Positions 54,928 through 64,000 of a stretch of DNA of 64,000 nt are shown piece by piece. Position numbers and translations under genes: made by a program. The stretch is from an uncultured Acidobacteriota bacterium (GTDB lineage Bacteria; Acidobacteriota; Thermoanaerobaculia; Multivoradales; UBA5704), in the NCBI GenBank assembly GCA_963770895.1, contig CAVYRF010000002.1, positions 320,001-384,000 on the forward strand. Reading direction: 5' to 3'. The notes below the pieces were generated by a model. The model did not search any database, had not been told where the DNA came from, and was given only the letters and a program-made list of their open reading frames with translations. Numbering within the stretch: position 1 is the stretch's first letter; each line of letters starts with the position of its first letter.

Positions 54928-56109
54928 ATGCCGAGCGCCTCCCAAGCCCTTGAACGCGTGCGCGACGCCCTGGCGCGATCGTCCGCGCCGCTGCCCGCGC
55001 ACGCGCCGCTGATCGCCCAGCTGCGCAGCGCCCGCGACTTCGGCCGGACGGCCGTTGAAGCGGCGGCCGAGGCGCCGGCCCCGCTTGCCACCACCGTCGC
55101 CGCCGTGGACGATCTACTGGCCGGCGGCCTGCCGCGCGGCCAGCTGGTCGAGCTGATCGGCGGGCGCTCCAGCGGCCGCTTCTCGACCGTCCTGGCCGCC
55201 CTGGCCGCCGCCACCGCGGCGGGCGAAGCGGCGGCGCTGGTCGATCTCGGCGACGGGCTCGACCCGCAGGCCGCCATCACCCTGGGGGTGGACCTGCCGC
55301 GGCTCCTCTGGCTGCGCCCCTCCACCCTCAAGCAGGCCCTGGCCTGCGCCGAAATCCTCATCGGCGGCGGCTTCTCCCTGGTGGCCCTCGAGCTCGGCCC
55401 TCCCCCGGTGCCCGGCGGCCGGGGGCTGGAGGCCGCCTGGCTGCGCCTGGCCCGCGCCGCCCAGGCCCACCACACCGCCCTGCTCATCGCCAGCCCCTAC
55501 CGCGTCAGCGGCACCGCCGCCGCCGCCGTCCTGCAGGCTACCCGCTCCCGCGTCCTGTGGCACGGCCTCGCTCCTTGCCACCACACCCTTGCCGCGGAAA
55601 CGGGTGCGCCGGCGGCAGGGATGCAATGGACGCCCCGGGACCAGGCAGCGGACCGGGCCGCATCTCCCCTGCTTTCGGGACTGGCAGCCGCCGTGACGCT
55701 CGAAAAGCGCCGCAACCAGGCGCCCTCCACCGCCCAAACCGCCAGCCCCCTGACGCTGTGGCTGCCCGAAGCCGCCGCCCTGCTCGATCCCCTGCCCTCG
55801 CACCGGCGCGCGGCACCGCCGGCAAGCGCCAGAGCGGCGATCGGCAAAGCCGCCAGACCCGCCGGGGTGGTCGCCGCCATGTCACCTTCGCCGGCGGGGC
55901 CGGCATCCCTGCCGGAGGAGGTGGCGGCGACACCGCCGATGCCGCTCCTGTCGCCGGCCGCGACGCGGTATCGGCGGCGGACGTCCGACCGGGTGTCGCC
56001 GCGCGCGGCGCTCGCCCAGCCGCCCGCGGCCCCGGCGGCGGCGGCCGGCGGCGACCTTCCGGCGCCCCGCGCCGTCGCCTCGGGGTACCGGCGTGCTCGC
56101 CGGGGTTGA
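54928..56109 (+). CDS. imuA: ImuA/RecA-like translesion cassette protein
   Basis: VDDLLAGGLPRGQLVELIG..SSGR, ALVD..DGLDP; directly upstream of imuB. Confidence 0.78.
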   Translation: MPSASQALERVRDALARSSAPLPAHAPLIAQLRSARDFGRTAVEAAAEAPAPLATTVAAVDDLLAGGLPRGQLVELIGGRSSGRFSTVLAALAAATAAGEAAALVDLGDGLDPQAAITLGVDLPRLLWLRPSTLKQALACAEILIGGGFSLVALELGPPPVPGGRGLEAAWLRLARAAQAHHTALLIASPYRVSGTAAAAVLQATRSRVLWHGLAPCHHTLAAETGAPAAGMQWTPRDQAADRAASPLLSGLAAAVTLEKRRNQAPSTAQTASPLTLWLPEAAALLDPLPSHRRAAPPASARAAIGKAARPAGVVAAMSPSPAGPASLPEEVAATPPMPLLSPAATRYRRRTSDRVSPRAALAQPPAAPAAAAGGDLPAPRAVASGYRRARRG

Positions 56110-57919
56110 GGTTGAGGGTCGCGTCGTGGTTGCCTCCCGGCTTGCCTGCGTCGTCGTCTCGCTCTTCCCGCTGGCGGCCCGTCTGCGCAGCGAACCCGAG
56201 CTGACGCGGGAGGCGCTGGTCATCGTCGAAGGCAACGGCGGCGGCGCCGGCGTGGTCGCCGCTTCCCGTTTGGCGCGCCGCGCCGGCGTGCGGCCCGGCC
56301 TCAGCCTGACCCAGGCGCGGGCGCTCATCCCCAAGCTGGTGGCGCGGCCGCGCGACGTGGAATGCGAGCGCGCGGCCCAGGAAGCTCTGCTGGAAGCCGC
56401 CGACCGCTTCTCGCCGCGCGTCGAGGATGCCGGCGGCGGCATCGCCTACCTCGACATCGACGGCATCGACCGCCGCTTCCGCCGCACCATCGCCGCCGCG
56501 TTGACCGCGTCCGCCGCGTCGACCGCGTCGGCGGCGCCGGCGGCGGCCGCCGAGCTGGAGCTGGGGCGCGCGCTGCTCGCCGCCACGGCGGCGGCAAGCC
56601 TGCCGGCCAAGGCCGGGATCGCCTCCAGCAAGCTGGCCGCCATGGTGGCCGCCGGCCTGGCGGACTCTCCCGGCATCGTCGCGGCGGGCCAGGAGGCGGC
56701 TTTTCTGGCGCCGCTGCCGCTCGATTGCCTGCTGCCCAGCCTGGAGCTGGTCCCCCTGCGCGGGTCCGCCGCCACCGGCCCCGAGGCCCCCGGCGGCGCC
56801 GGCATCCTGCAGATCGCGGCGACCCTGGAGCGCTGGGGGATTCGCACCATCGGCGATTTTGCCGGCCTGCCCGCGGCGCGCGTGAGCAGTCGCCTGGGGA
56901 GCCTCGGCCGTGCGCTGCATGCCACGGCCCGCGGCATCGATTCCCGTCCCCTGGTGCCCCGCCAGCCGCCGCCCGCCTTTCATGAAGGCATGGACCTGGA
57001 ATGGCCGCTGGTGACGCTGGAGCCCTTTCTGTTCGTCGGCCGGCCGGCGCTCGAGCGGCTGTGCGGGCGCCTGGAGGGGCACGGACTCGCCTGTTCGCGG
57101 CTGGAGCTGGCGCTGCGCCTGGACCCGGAAGGGCACCAGCTGCGCACCATCGACCTGCCCGCCCCGACCCGCGACGTCAAGACGCTCCTGACGCTGCTCC
57201 GCCTGGAGCTGGAAGCGCATCCGCCGGGGGCCCCGGTGGCCGGCTTCACCCTCGCCGCCCGCCCGGACCGCCCCCGCGAGGCCCAGCTGTCCCTGTACGG
57301 CCCGGCGGCGCTCTCACCGGACAAGCTGGCCGCCACCCTGGCGCGGCTGTTCGCCCTGTTGGGGCCGGACCGCATCGGCTCGCCGCGGCCGGTCGCGGGG
57401 CACCGCCCCGAGCGGCTGGCGCTGGTCGCCTACGCTCCCCCGCCGCCGCCCGAGGTGCGGCGCGACCCCAGGCGCACCACCGGCCGCGGCCTGCTGTCGA
57501 TCCGGGTGGTGCGGCCGGCGCTCGCCATCGAAGTGATCGTGGAGGAGCCGCAGCAGCTCGGGGCGCCCGCACCCCAGCCGGCGCGACAACCCCAGCCGCT
57601 GCCGGCGGACGCGGCCGTGCCCGCACCCGAAGACGCGGCGGCGCCCGCGCCCGCGGCCGCGGACATGGGCACCGGCGAGCCCTGCATGCTGCCGCCCGTC
57701 GAGATCCTGCCCGTGGTCAGCGAGGACACCGCGGGGCGGCCGCGGATTGCCGGACGGGTGAAGGTGGCCGCCGGCCCCTGGGGGCTGGAAGACGAATGGT
57801 GGACTCCCAACCCGACAGGCCGCGACTATTGGGACGTCGAGCTGGCCACAGGCGGCCTGTATCGCATCTTCCGCGACCGGGCCTCCAGCTGCTGGTACGC
57901 CGACGGGATCTACGACTGA
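56093..57919 (+). CDS. imuB: ImuB-like inactive Y-family DNA polymerase
   Basis: A.RAGVRPGLSLTQARAL, FSPRVED, QLSL clamp-binding motif, GPW....EWW..RDYWDV..LYRIF..W..GIYD; start may be 56126. Confidence 0.88.
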   Translation: MLAGVEVEGRVVVASRLACVVVSLFPLAARLRSEPELTREALVIVEGNGGGAGVVAASRLARRAGVRPGLSLTQARALIPKLVARPRDVECERAAQEALLEAADRFSPRVEDAGGGIAYLDIDGIDRRFRRTIAAALTASAASTASAAPAAAAELELGRALLAATAAASLPAKAGIASSKLAAMVAAGLADSPGIVAAGQEAAFLAPLPLDCLLPSLELVPLRGSAATGPEAPGGAGILQIAATLERWGIRTIGDFAGLPAARVSSRLGSLGRALHATARGIDSRPLVPRQPPPAFHEGMDLEWPLVTLEPFLFVGRPALERLCGRLEGHGLACSRLELALRLDPEGHQLRTIDLPAPTRDVKTLLTLLRLELEAHPPGAPVAGFTLAARPDRPREAQLSLYGPAALSPDKLAATLARLFALLGPDRIGSPRPVAGHRPERLALVAYAPPPPPEVRRDPRRTTGRGLLSIRVVRPALAIEVIVEEPQQLGAPAPQPARQPQPLPADAAVPAPEDAAAPAPAAADMGTGEPCMLPPVEILPVVSEDTAGRPRIAGRVKVAAGPWGLEDEWWTPNPTGRDYWDVELATGGLYRIFRDRASSCWYADGIYD

Positions 57920-57948
57920 CAGGACTGGGCTGGACTGGAAACCGGGGG

Positions 57949-58003
57949 AAAAACAAAACCGGCGGGCGCCGGCCTCAACTGCGAGAGAGGCCGGCGCCCG
58001 CCG
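57949..58003 (-). terminator. Intrinsic terminator of the 58028-59320 gene
   Basis: 17-bp stem CGGCGGGCGCCGGCCTC / GAGGCCGGCGCCCGCCG followed on the minus strand by a U-rich tail. Confidence 0.85.
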
Positions 58004-58027
58004 AAGGGCTTACGGAGGGCTACGTGC

Positions 58028-59320
58028 TTACGGCACGAAGTGGTTGGCGGCGCAAGCGCTGTCAAGCCGGATCGCGTCGATACCGACCGCGTACTGGCCG
58101 TTCTGCGACAACGTTGCAACCACCCACGCCTGCGCCGCGGCCGGGTCGACCGGCGGCAAACCAGGCGCCGCGACCGGCTCGGTCACGTTCAGGTCGAGGT
58201 ACAACCAACCGAACGAGAACGGCACCGCCAGGTTCGGACCACCGACAACCGTCCGCTGCGTTTCCGCCGGGAACGGCGACTGCGTCGTGGTGGGCGGCGG
58301 CGGCGAGATCGGGATCGTGGTCGGCGTGACCGGGTGCTCCTGCTCGTCGAAGATCACCAGGCCTTCTTCAGCCAACGGATACCAGATCGGAGTGACCCCC
58401 GGGTTGACCGGGCAGGTGAACGCGCCCTGGGCAACCTTCGAGTCGCGCCACACCAGCAGCGAGGTGCCACCGTTGAAGCCGCCACCGTTGAGGAAACGGG
58501 TGGCAAACGTGGTGGCCAACGGCTCACGGTTATCGACCGCGGTGAAGGCGTCGTACCGGCCGTAGAACGTGTACCGACCCGAGGTCGAGGTCGCCGGGTT
58601 GGTGGCATCCGCTTCGATGTGCACCAGGTCGCCGCCCTCGGCAAAGTTCTCGGTCGAGTTGACGATGAACCAGTCGCCCCACAGCACGTTCTGGTTGGTC
58701 ACGTCGCCCGTGCCGCCGGCAGCGAAGTAGCCGGTGTCGCCGGGGAACCGCAGGGTGCAGTTGTTGACCGTGTCCATCGTGATGTAGCCACGGGCGATGT
58801 TGTCACCCAGCGCCTGGGCGGAGCAGTTGCCGCCCAGAATCGCCGACGGCAGACCGGTCAGCGACTCCTGAAGGTGGGTGGTGTAGGCCGCCGGCAGCTG
58901 GGGCGGAGGCAGTACGTTGGTGCAGCTGGCGAAGTTGATGTCCTGCGAGAAGCTGCCCTTCGGGCTGATGGTGTCGTCCGGATCCTGCCCCGCCGAGGCG
59001 GTCTGCGGCAGGTTGCCGTTGATGATGATGTCGCGCAGGTTGACCGACTGAACGTCATAGCCGGTCAGATAGATGTTGAAGTCGAGGACGGGCACCGACA
59101 GGTCGGTCCAGATGACGGCGTGGACCAATACCGCGGTCGCCGACGCGTTGTTCACCGAGAACAACGTGGTCAACCCGTTCGGGTTGTTCAAATCCACCTC
59201 GAAGTAGGGCAGCAGCAGCGTCGCCGCCGGCACCGCATCGATGGTGCAGATCACCGCCGACATTGGTGCGGCAAGAGCCAACGCTCCTACCAACGCTAGA
59301 CACAAGACCACGCGACTCAT
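58028..59320 (-). CDS. Secreted Cys-containing surface protein, paralogue 1
   Basis: AAGGAGG RBS, signal peptide, mature N-terminus ICTIDAVPAATLLLPYFEV. Confidence 0.8.
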   Translation of the reverse strand: MSRVVLCLALVGALALAAPMSAVICTIDAVPAATLLLPYFEVDLNNPNGLTTLFSVNNASATAVLVHAVIWTDLSVPVLDFNIYLTGYDVQSVNLRDIIINGNLPQTASAGQDPDDTISPKGSFSQDINFASCTNVLPPPQLPAAYTTHLQESLTGLPSAILGGNCSAQALGDNIARGYITMDTVNNCTLRFPGDTGYFAAGGTGDVTNQNVLWGDWFIVNSTENFAEGGDLVHIEADATNPATSTSGRYTFYGRYDAFTAVDNREPLATTFATRFLNGGGFNGGTSLLVWRDSKVAQGAFTCPVNPGVTPIWYPLAEEGLVIFDEQEHPVTPTTIPISPPPPTTTQSPFPAETQRTVVGGPNLAVPFSFGWLYLDLNVTEPVAAPGLPPVDPAAAQAWVVATLSQNGQYAVGIDAIRLDSACAANHFVP

Positions 59321-59573
59321 CTAGAACCTCCTTTTTTTTTCGACCAAAAGTGGTCAGCGTCGGGGTGACGCAATCTCCTCTTCCGGTACCGGCGGCGACC
59401 ATCCTGGTGGCCGCCAGCAGCCGGAGACATTCCTAGACGCCAATTGCCGGAGGCGCCGATCGCGAAGCGACCGCCGACCAGACCGGCAACAGGTGCGACT
59501 TGACCAGGGTCCGCCCTCGGACCCAAACCGCTGGTGGTACTAGACTTACGGCAATCAGACGAATAGCGCCGGT

Positions 59574-59602
59574 ACTATATAACTGACGCTCCGCTAATGC
59601 AA
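59574..59602 (-). promoter_or_regulatory. Sigma70-type promoter TTGCAT-N17-TATAGT
   Basis: Near-consensus -35 and -10 with a 17-bp spacer, about 250 nt upstream of ATG 59320. Confidence 0.65.
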
Positions 59603-59661
59603 GCCCGCGCCGGCGCAAGCCGCCCGCCAGGTCCCCCCGGCGGCGGCTGCGGTGCCGGAGC

Positions 59662-60984
59662 TCAGAAGATGGCAGAACCAGGCACGGCATGATTGGCGGC
59701 ACAGGCGCTGTCCAGGCGGATGGCTTCGATGCCGACGGCAAACCGGCCGCTGGTCTCGAAGAAGCCGGTCACGAAAGCCTGGGCGGCGGCAGGGTCGACC
59801 GGCGGATTGTTACCGGCGGCGGCGACCGTGGTGTTGAGGTCGAGATATAACCAACCGAAGGCGAACGGCACGGGAAATGGTCCGGTGCCTCCGACCAGCG
59901 TGCGCTGCGCTTCCGCCGGGAAGGGGACGATGCTCTCGGTCGGCGGCTGCGGCGAAATCGGCAGCGTGGTAATCACCGCCGGATGCTCCTGCTCGTCGAA
60001 GATCACGATGCCTTCCTGTCCGAGCGGATACCAGGCCGGCCGCACGCCCAAGGTCGCCGGGCAGGTGAAGGCGCCCTGCGCCACCTTGGAATCGCGCCAC
60101 ACCGCGAGCGTCGAGCCGCCGGTGAAGGCGCCGCCGTTGAAGAAGCGGATGGCGAAGTTGGTCGCCAGCGGTTCGCGGTTGTCCACCGCGGTCCAGGCGT
60201 CGTAGCGGCCATAGAAGGTGTAGCGGCCGGCCGTCGACGTGGCGGGATTGGTGGCGTCGGCTTCGATATGGACCAGCGTGCCCGATTCGGCGGCAATCGA
60301 CTTGTCCCGCACCCAGTCGCCCCAGAGGACGTTCTGGTTGGTGGCGTCGCCGGTGCCCCCGGCCGCGAAGTAGCCCACGTCGCCGGGGAAGCGCAGGGTG
60401 CAGTTGCTGACCGTGTCGACCGTGACGTAGCCGCGGGCGATGTTGTCGCCCAGCGCCTGGCCGGCGCAGTTGCCGCCCAGGATCGCCGAAGGCTGGCCGG
60501 TCAGCGACGCCTGCAGGTGGGTAATGTAGGTCGCCGGCAGCTGTGGCGGCGGCAGGACGCCGGTGCAGCTGGCGAAGTTGATGTCCTGCGAGAAGCTCCC
60601 CTTGGGGCTGATGGTGTCGGTCGGGTCCTGCCCCGCCGAGGCGGTCTGCGGCAGGTTGCCGTACACGATGATGTCGCGCAGGTTGATCGTCTGCACGTCG
60701 TAGCCGGTGAGGTAGACGTTGAAGTCGAGCACCGGCACCGACAGATCCGACCAGATGACGACATGCGTCAACACCGCCGTCGCCGACGCGTTGTTGATCG
60801 AAAACAGCGTCTGCGTGCCGCTGGGGTTTTGCAGGTCCACTTCAAAGTACGGCAGCAGCAGCGTCGCCGCCGGCACCGCGTCGATGGTGCAGATGATGGC
60901 GCCCGCAGGCGCCGGGGCCACCACCAGCAGGCCCGCGACGGTCAGCAGGCCCGCCACGGCGAACCAGCACCTTCCCGTCTCCAT
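59662..60984 (-). CDS. Secreted Cys-containing surface protein, paralogue 2
   Basis: Long identical blocks with paralogue 1, e.g. LPQTASAGQDP.DTISPKGSFSQDINFASCT. Confidence 0.8.
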   Translation of the reverse strand: METGRCWFAVAGLLTVAGLLVVAPAPAGAIICTIDAVPAATLLLPYFEVDLQNPSGTQTLFSINNASATAVLTHVVIWSDLSVPVLDFNVYLTGYDVQTINLRDIIVYGNLPQTASAGQDPTDTISPKGSFSQDINFASCTGVLPPPQLPATYITHLQASLTGQPSAILGGNCAGQALGDNIARGYVTVDTVSNCTLRFPGDVGYFAAGGTGDATNQNVLWGDWVRDKSIAAESGTLVHIEADATNPATSTAGRYTFYGRYDAWTAVDNREPLATNFAIRFFNGGAFTGGSTLAVWRDSKVAQGAFTCPATLGVRPAWYPLGQEGIVIFDEQEHPAVITTLPISPQPPTESIVPFPAEAQRTLVGGTGPFPVPFAFGWLYLDLNTTVAAAGNNPPVDPAAAQAFVTGFFETSGRFAVGIEAIRLDSACAANHAVPGSAIF

Positions 60985-61127
60985 CCTCAAGTCCTCCAAA
61001 CCCCGCTCGATCGACGCAGCGCTCCTGGCGGGGTGAACGCACCAGAAATGACGACAACACCGTGAGTATATGCCGGGCTCGCCCCGGCTGTCACGCGCCG
61101 GGGCGGCCACGGCGGAGGCCGTCGCCC

Positions 61128-62150
61128 TCAATGGCCGGTTGTAAGGACCACCCGGAACCGCGCCTTGCCGCTCATCATGCGCTCGTAGGCCTCGGGCGCG
61201 CGCTCCAGGGGGAAGGTCTCGATCATGGCCCGCACCCCGGTCAGGACGCTGAACGCCAGCGTGTCCTGCGAATCGATCGACGTGCCGGAGGGCCAGCCCT
61301 GGACCGACCGCCGGCCGCCGATGAGCAGCAGCGCGGGCACCGCCAGCGGTTCCATGGCGGCGCCCAGGACGATCAGCTTGCCATCGATGCCCAGGCCGCC
61401 GAGCGCCGCGGTCATCGCGTCGCCGTTGGTCACGGTCGCCAGGATGACCTTGGCGCCGCCCAGGCGGGTCAGCTCGGCGGCGACGTCCGTGGCCTGGCTG
61501 TCGATGTAGTGGGCGGCGCCGAGCTGCCTGGCCAGGGCCTCCTTGTCCGCCCCGCGCGCCACGGCGACGGTGCGCAGGCCCGACCTGGCGGCGAACTGGA
61601 TGCCCAGGTGCCCCAGGCCGCCCACACCGAGCACGGCGACCAGATCGCCCGGTCGCGCGCCGCTGTGGCGCAAGGCGTTGAACATCGTGATCCCGGCACA
61701 CATGAGCGGCCCGGCGTCGGCGGCGGACAGGTCGTCCGGGACCAGCGCCAGGGCGCCGGCGGGAGCGATCATGTAGTCGGCGTAGCCGCCGTCGTAGGTG
61801 ATCCCCGGAATCTGCGGCGCCACCCGGCAGGTGACGAAGTCGCCGCGGCGGCACGAGTCGCAGTGGCCGCAGTGGCCGCCATGCCAGCCCACGCCGACCC
61901 GCTGGCCGGGGTCCCAACCGACGACGCCCGCGCCCACCTCGTCGACGATCCCGGCCACTTCGTGACCCGGCACGCGCGGGTAGGCGATGCCCGGCCAGTG
62001 GCCCTCCTTGGTCAGCGAATCGCTATGGCAGATGCCGCAGGCCTGTACCTTGATCCGCACGGTGCCGGCGCCCGGCCGCGGGATCTCCCGCTCGACAAGC
62101 TGCAGCGGTCCGCCCGCCTGGGGAACTTCAACGACGCGCATCGTGGTCAT
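61128..62150 (-). CDS. Zinc-dependent alcohol dehydrogenase
   Basis: CGICHSD, PGHEVAG, CGHCDSC..C, GVGGLGH. Confidence 0.95.
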   Translation of the reverse strand: MTTMRVVEVPQAGGPLQLVEREIPRPGAGTVRIKVQACGICHSDSLTKEGHWPGIAYPRVPGHEVAGIVDEVGAGVVGWDPGQRVGVGWHGGHCGHCDSCRRGDFVTCRVAPQIPGITYDGGYADYMIAPAGALALVPDDLSAADAGPLMCAGITMFNALRHSGARPGDLVAVLGVGGLGHLGIQFAARSGLRTVAVARGADKEALARQLGAAHYIDSQATDVAAELTRLGGAKVILATVTNGDAMTAALGGLGIDGKLIVLGAAMEPLAVPALLLIGGRRSVQGWPSGTSIDSQDTLAFSVLTGVRAMIETFPLERAPEAYERMMSGKARFRVVLTTGH

Positions 62151-62169
62151 GGCATCTCCTCTCTCGGGT

Positions 62170-63978
62170 CTATTTGCGGCGGTTGGCGGCCAGGGTGCGC
62201 TTGCGCAGGCGCACCGCCTCGGGGGTCACCTCGACCAGCTCGTCCTCGCGGATGAACTCCAGCGCCTGCTCGAGGTTCATCAGCCGCGGCGGGATCAGGC
62301 GGATCATGTCGTCGGAGCCCGAGGCGCGCATGTTGGAGAGCTTCTTTTCCTTGGTGACGTTGACGTCCAGGTCGTTGCCGCGGGCGTGCTCGCCGATCAC
62401 CATGCCCTCGTACACCTCGTCGCCCGGCGACAGGAAGAGCACGCCGCGCGGCTGCAGGTTCTCGATCGAATAGGCGGTGGCGCGCCCCTGGCGGTCGGCG
62501 ACCAGGGCGCCGGTGGCGCGATGCTCGATGTCGCCCTGCCACGGCTCCCAGCCGTCGAACAGGTGGTTCATGATGCCGGTGCCGCGAGTTTCGGTCAGGA
62601 ACTCGGCGCGGAAACCGATCAGGCCGCGGGACGGGACGCGAAACTCGATGCGCACGCGGCCCGATCCGTGATTGCTCATCTTCATCATGCGGCCGCGGCG
62701 AGCGCCCATCTTCTGCGTCACCACGCCGATGAACTCTTCGGGACAATCGATCACCAGCATCTCCATCGGCTCGTGCAGGCGCCCGTCCACCGTGCGGGTG
62801 ATCGCCTGCGGCTTGCCGACCGACAGCTCGAAACCTTCCCGCCGCATCATTTCGATCAGGATCGCCAGCTGCAGCTCGCCGCGCCCCGAGACGCGGAAGG
62901 CGTCCGCCGTCTCGGTCATGTCGACGCGGATCGAAACGTTGATCAGGCGCTCGCGCTCCAGCCGTTCCTTCAGTTTGCGCGAGGTGACGTGCTTGCCCTC
63001 GCGGCCCGAAAACGGCGAGTCGTTGATCGACAGCACCATGGTGATGGTCGGCTCGTCCACCTGGATCGGCGGCAGCGGCCGGGGATTGTCGCGCTCCGAC
63101 AGGGTTTCGCCGATCTCCATCTCCTCCAGGCCCGCCACCGCCACGATGTCGCCGGGACCGGCCTCGCTCACTTCGACGCGGCGCAGGCCGTCGTAGCCGT
63201 ACAGCACGCTCACCTTGGCCGGCGCCGCCTGACCGTCGAGCCGGCAGAGCGCAATCTCCTGCGCCTTGCGCAGGCGGCCGTTGAAAATGCGGCCGATGGC
63301 CAGCCGCCCCACGTAGTCGTCGTAGTCGAGGGTCGTCACCAGCATCTGCAGCGGCATGGCGGGATCGTAGGACGGCGCCGGCACCGTGCGCAGGATCTCT
63401 TCGAACAGCGGCGCCAGCGTTTCGTCCTCGCCCTGCGGCGTACGCCGGCAGGTGCCGGCGCGGGCGTTGCAATACAGCACGGGGAAATCGAGCTGCTCCT
63501 CGCCGGCTTCCAGGTCGATGAACAGATCGAAGACCTCGTTGAGCACCTCGGCGGGACGGGCGTCGGAGCGGTCGATCTTGTTGATCACGACGATCGGCGG
63601 CAGGTGCGCTTCGAGCGCCTTCTTGAGGACGAAGCGGGTCTGCGGCAGCGGCCCTTCCGACGCGTCCACCAGCAGCAGGACGCCATCCACCATCTTGAGC
63701 GTGCGCTCCACCTCGCCGCCGAAATCGGCGTGGCCCGGCGTGTCGACGATGTTGATGCGGGTGCCGTGATAGAGGATGGCGGTGTTCTTCGCCATGATCG
63801 TGATGCCCTTTTCGCGCTCCAGATCGATCGAATCCATCACCCGCTCCGCCACCGTCTGGTGCTCGCGGAAAATGCCGCTCTGCCACAACATGGCGTCCAC
63901 CAAGGTGGTCTTTCCGTGATCGACGTGGGCGATGATCGCCAGGTTGCGTACGTCGTCGCGTCTCTCGATCCTCTGCAT
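62170..63978 (-). CDS. typA: Translational GTPase TypA/BipA
   Basis: [43 protein letters not shown]. Confidence 0.97.
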   Translation of the reverse strand: MQRIERRDDVRNLAIIAHVDHGKTTLVDAMLWQSGIFREHQTVAERVMDSIDLEREKGITIMAKNTAILYHGTRINIVDTPGHADFGGEVERTLKMVDGVLLLVDASEGPLPQTRFVLKKALEAHLPPIVVINKIDRSDARPAEVLNEVFDLFIDLEAGEEQLDFPVLYCNARAGTCRRTPQGEDETLAPLFEEILRTVPAPSYDPAMPLQMLVTTLDYDDYVGRLAIGRIFNGRLRKAQEIALCRLDGQAAPAKVSVLYGYDGLRRVEVSEAGPGDIVAVAGLEEMEIGETLSERDNPRPLPPIQVDEPTITMVLSINDSPFSGREGKHVTSRKLKERLERERLINVSIRVDMTETADAFRVSGRGELQLAILIEMMRREGFELSVGKPQAITRTVDGRLHEPMEMLVIDCPEEFIGVVTQKMGARRGRMMKMSNHGSGRVRIEFRVPSRGLIGFRAEFLTETRGTGIMNHLFDGWEPWQGDIEHRATGALVADRQGRATAYSIENLQPRGVLFLSPGDEVYEGMVIGEHARGNDLDVNVTKEKKLSNMRASGSDDMIRLIPPRLMNLEQALEFIREDELVEVTPEAVRLRKRTLAANRRK

Positions 63979-64000
63979 CAGGGCATGACCTCGTCAGGCA

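Overview
High-GC bacterial window, probably Acidobacteriota/Thermoanaerobaculia-like (inferred from protein families; not verified). All functional calls come from motifs read by eye, with no database search. Core blocks: a 2-aminobenzoyl-CoA catabolic operon (6.5-13.6 kb) ending at an intact ISAzo13-family element; a four-gene operon for a di-heme cytochrome, a GMC oxidoreductase, a catalase-like protein and a patatin (18-26.6 kb); a GlgE/TreS-Mak/MalQ/GlgB/GH57 alpha-glucan operon (26.9-38.9 kb); then lhgO, pdxH, ybhB-like, imuA-imuB, two paralogous secreted proteins, an alcohol dehydrogenase and typA. The most unusual part is a ~12 kb lower-GC island (39.7-51.9 kb) bracketed by inverted copies of a structured ~185-220 bp repeat. 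It holds a SAMHD1-like HD dNTPase coupled to a divergent NrdR paralogue (best candidate for an undescribed nucleotide-depletion defence system), a Phd-RelE toxin-antitoxin pair, an orphan class III cyclase-like gene, a small secreted DxGxxxDPxG peptide beside a TPR fragment, and gene fragments (lhgO copy, NRPS, integrase, DUF3368, DUF3592). No rRNA, tRNA or CRISPR array was recognised.
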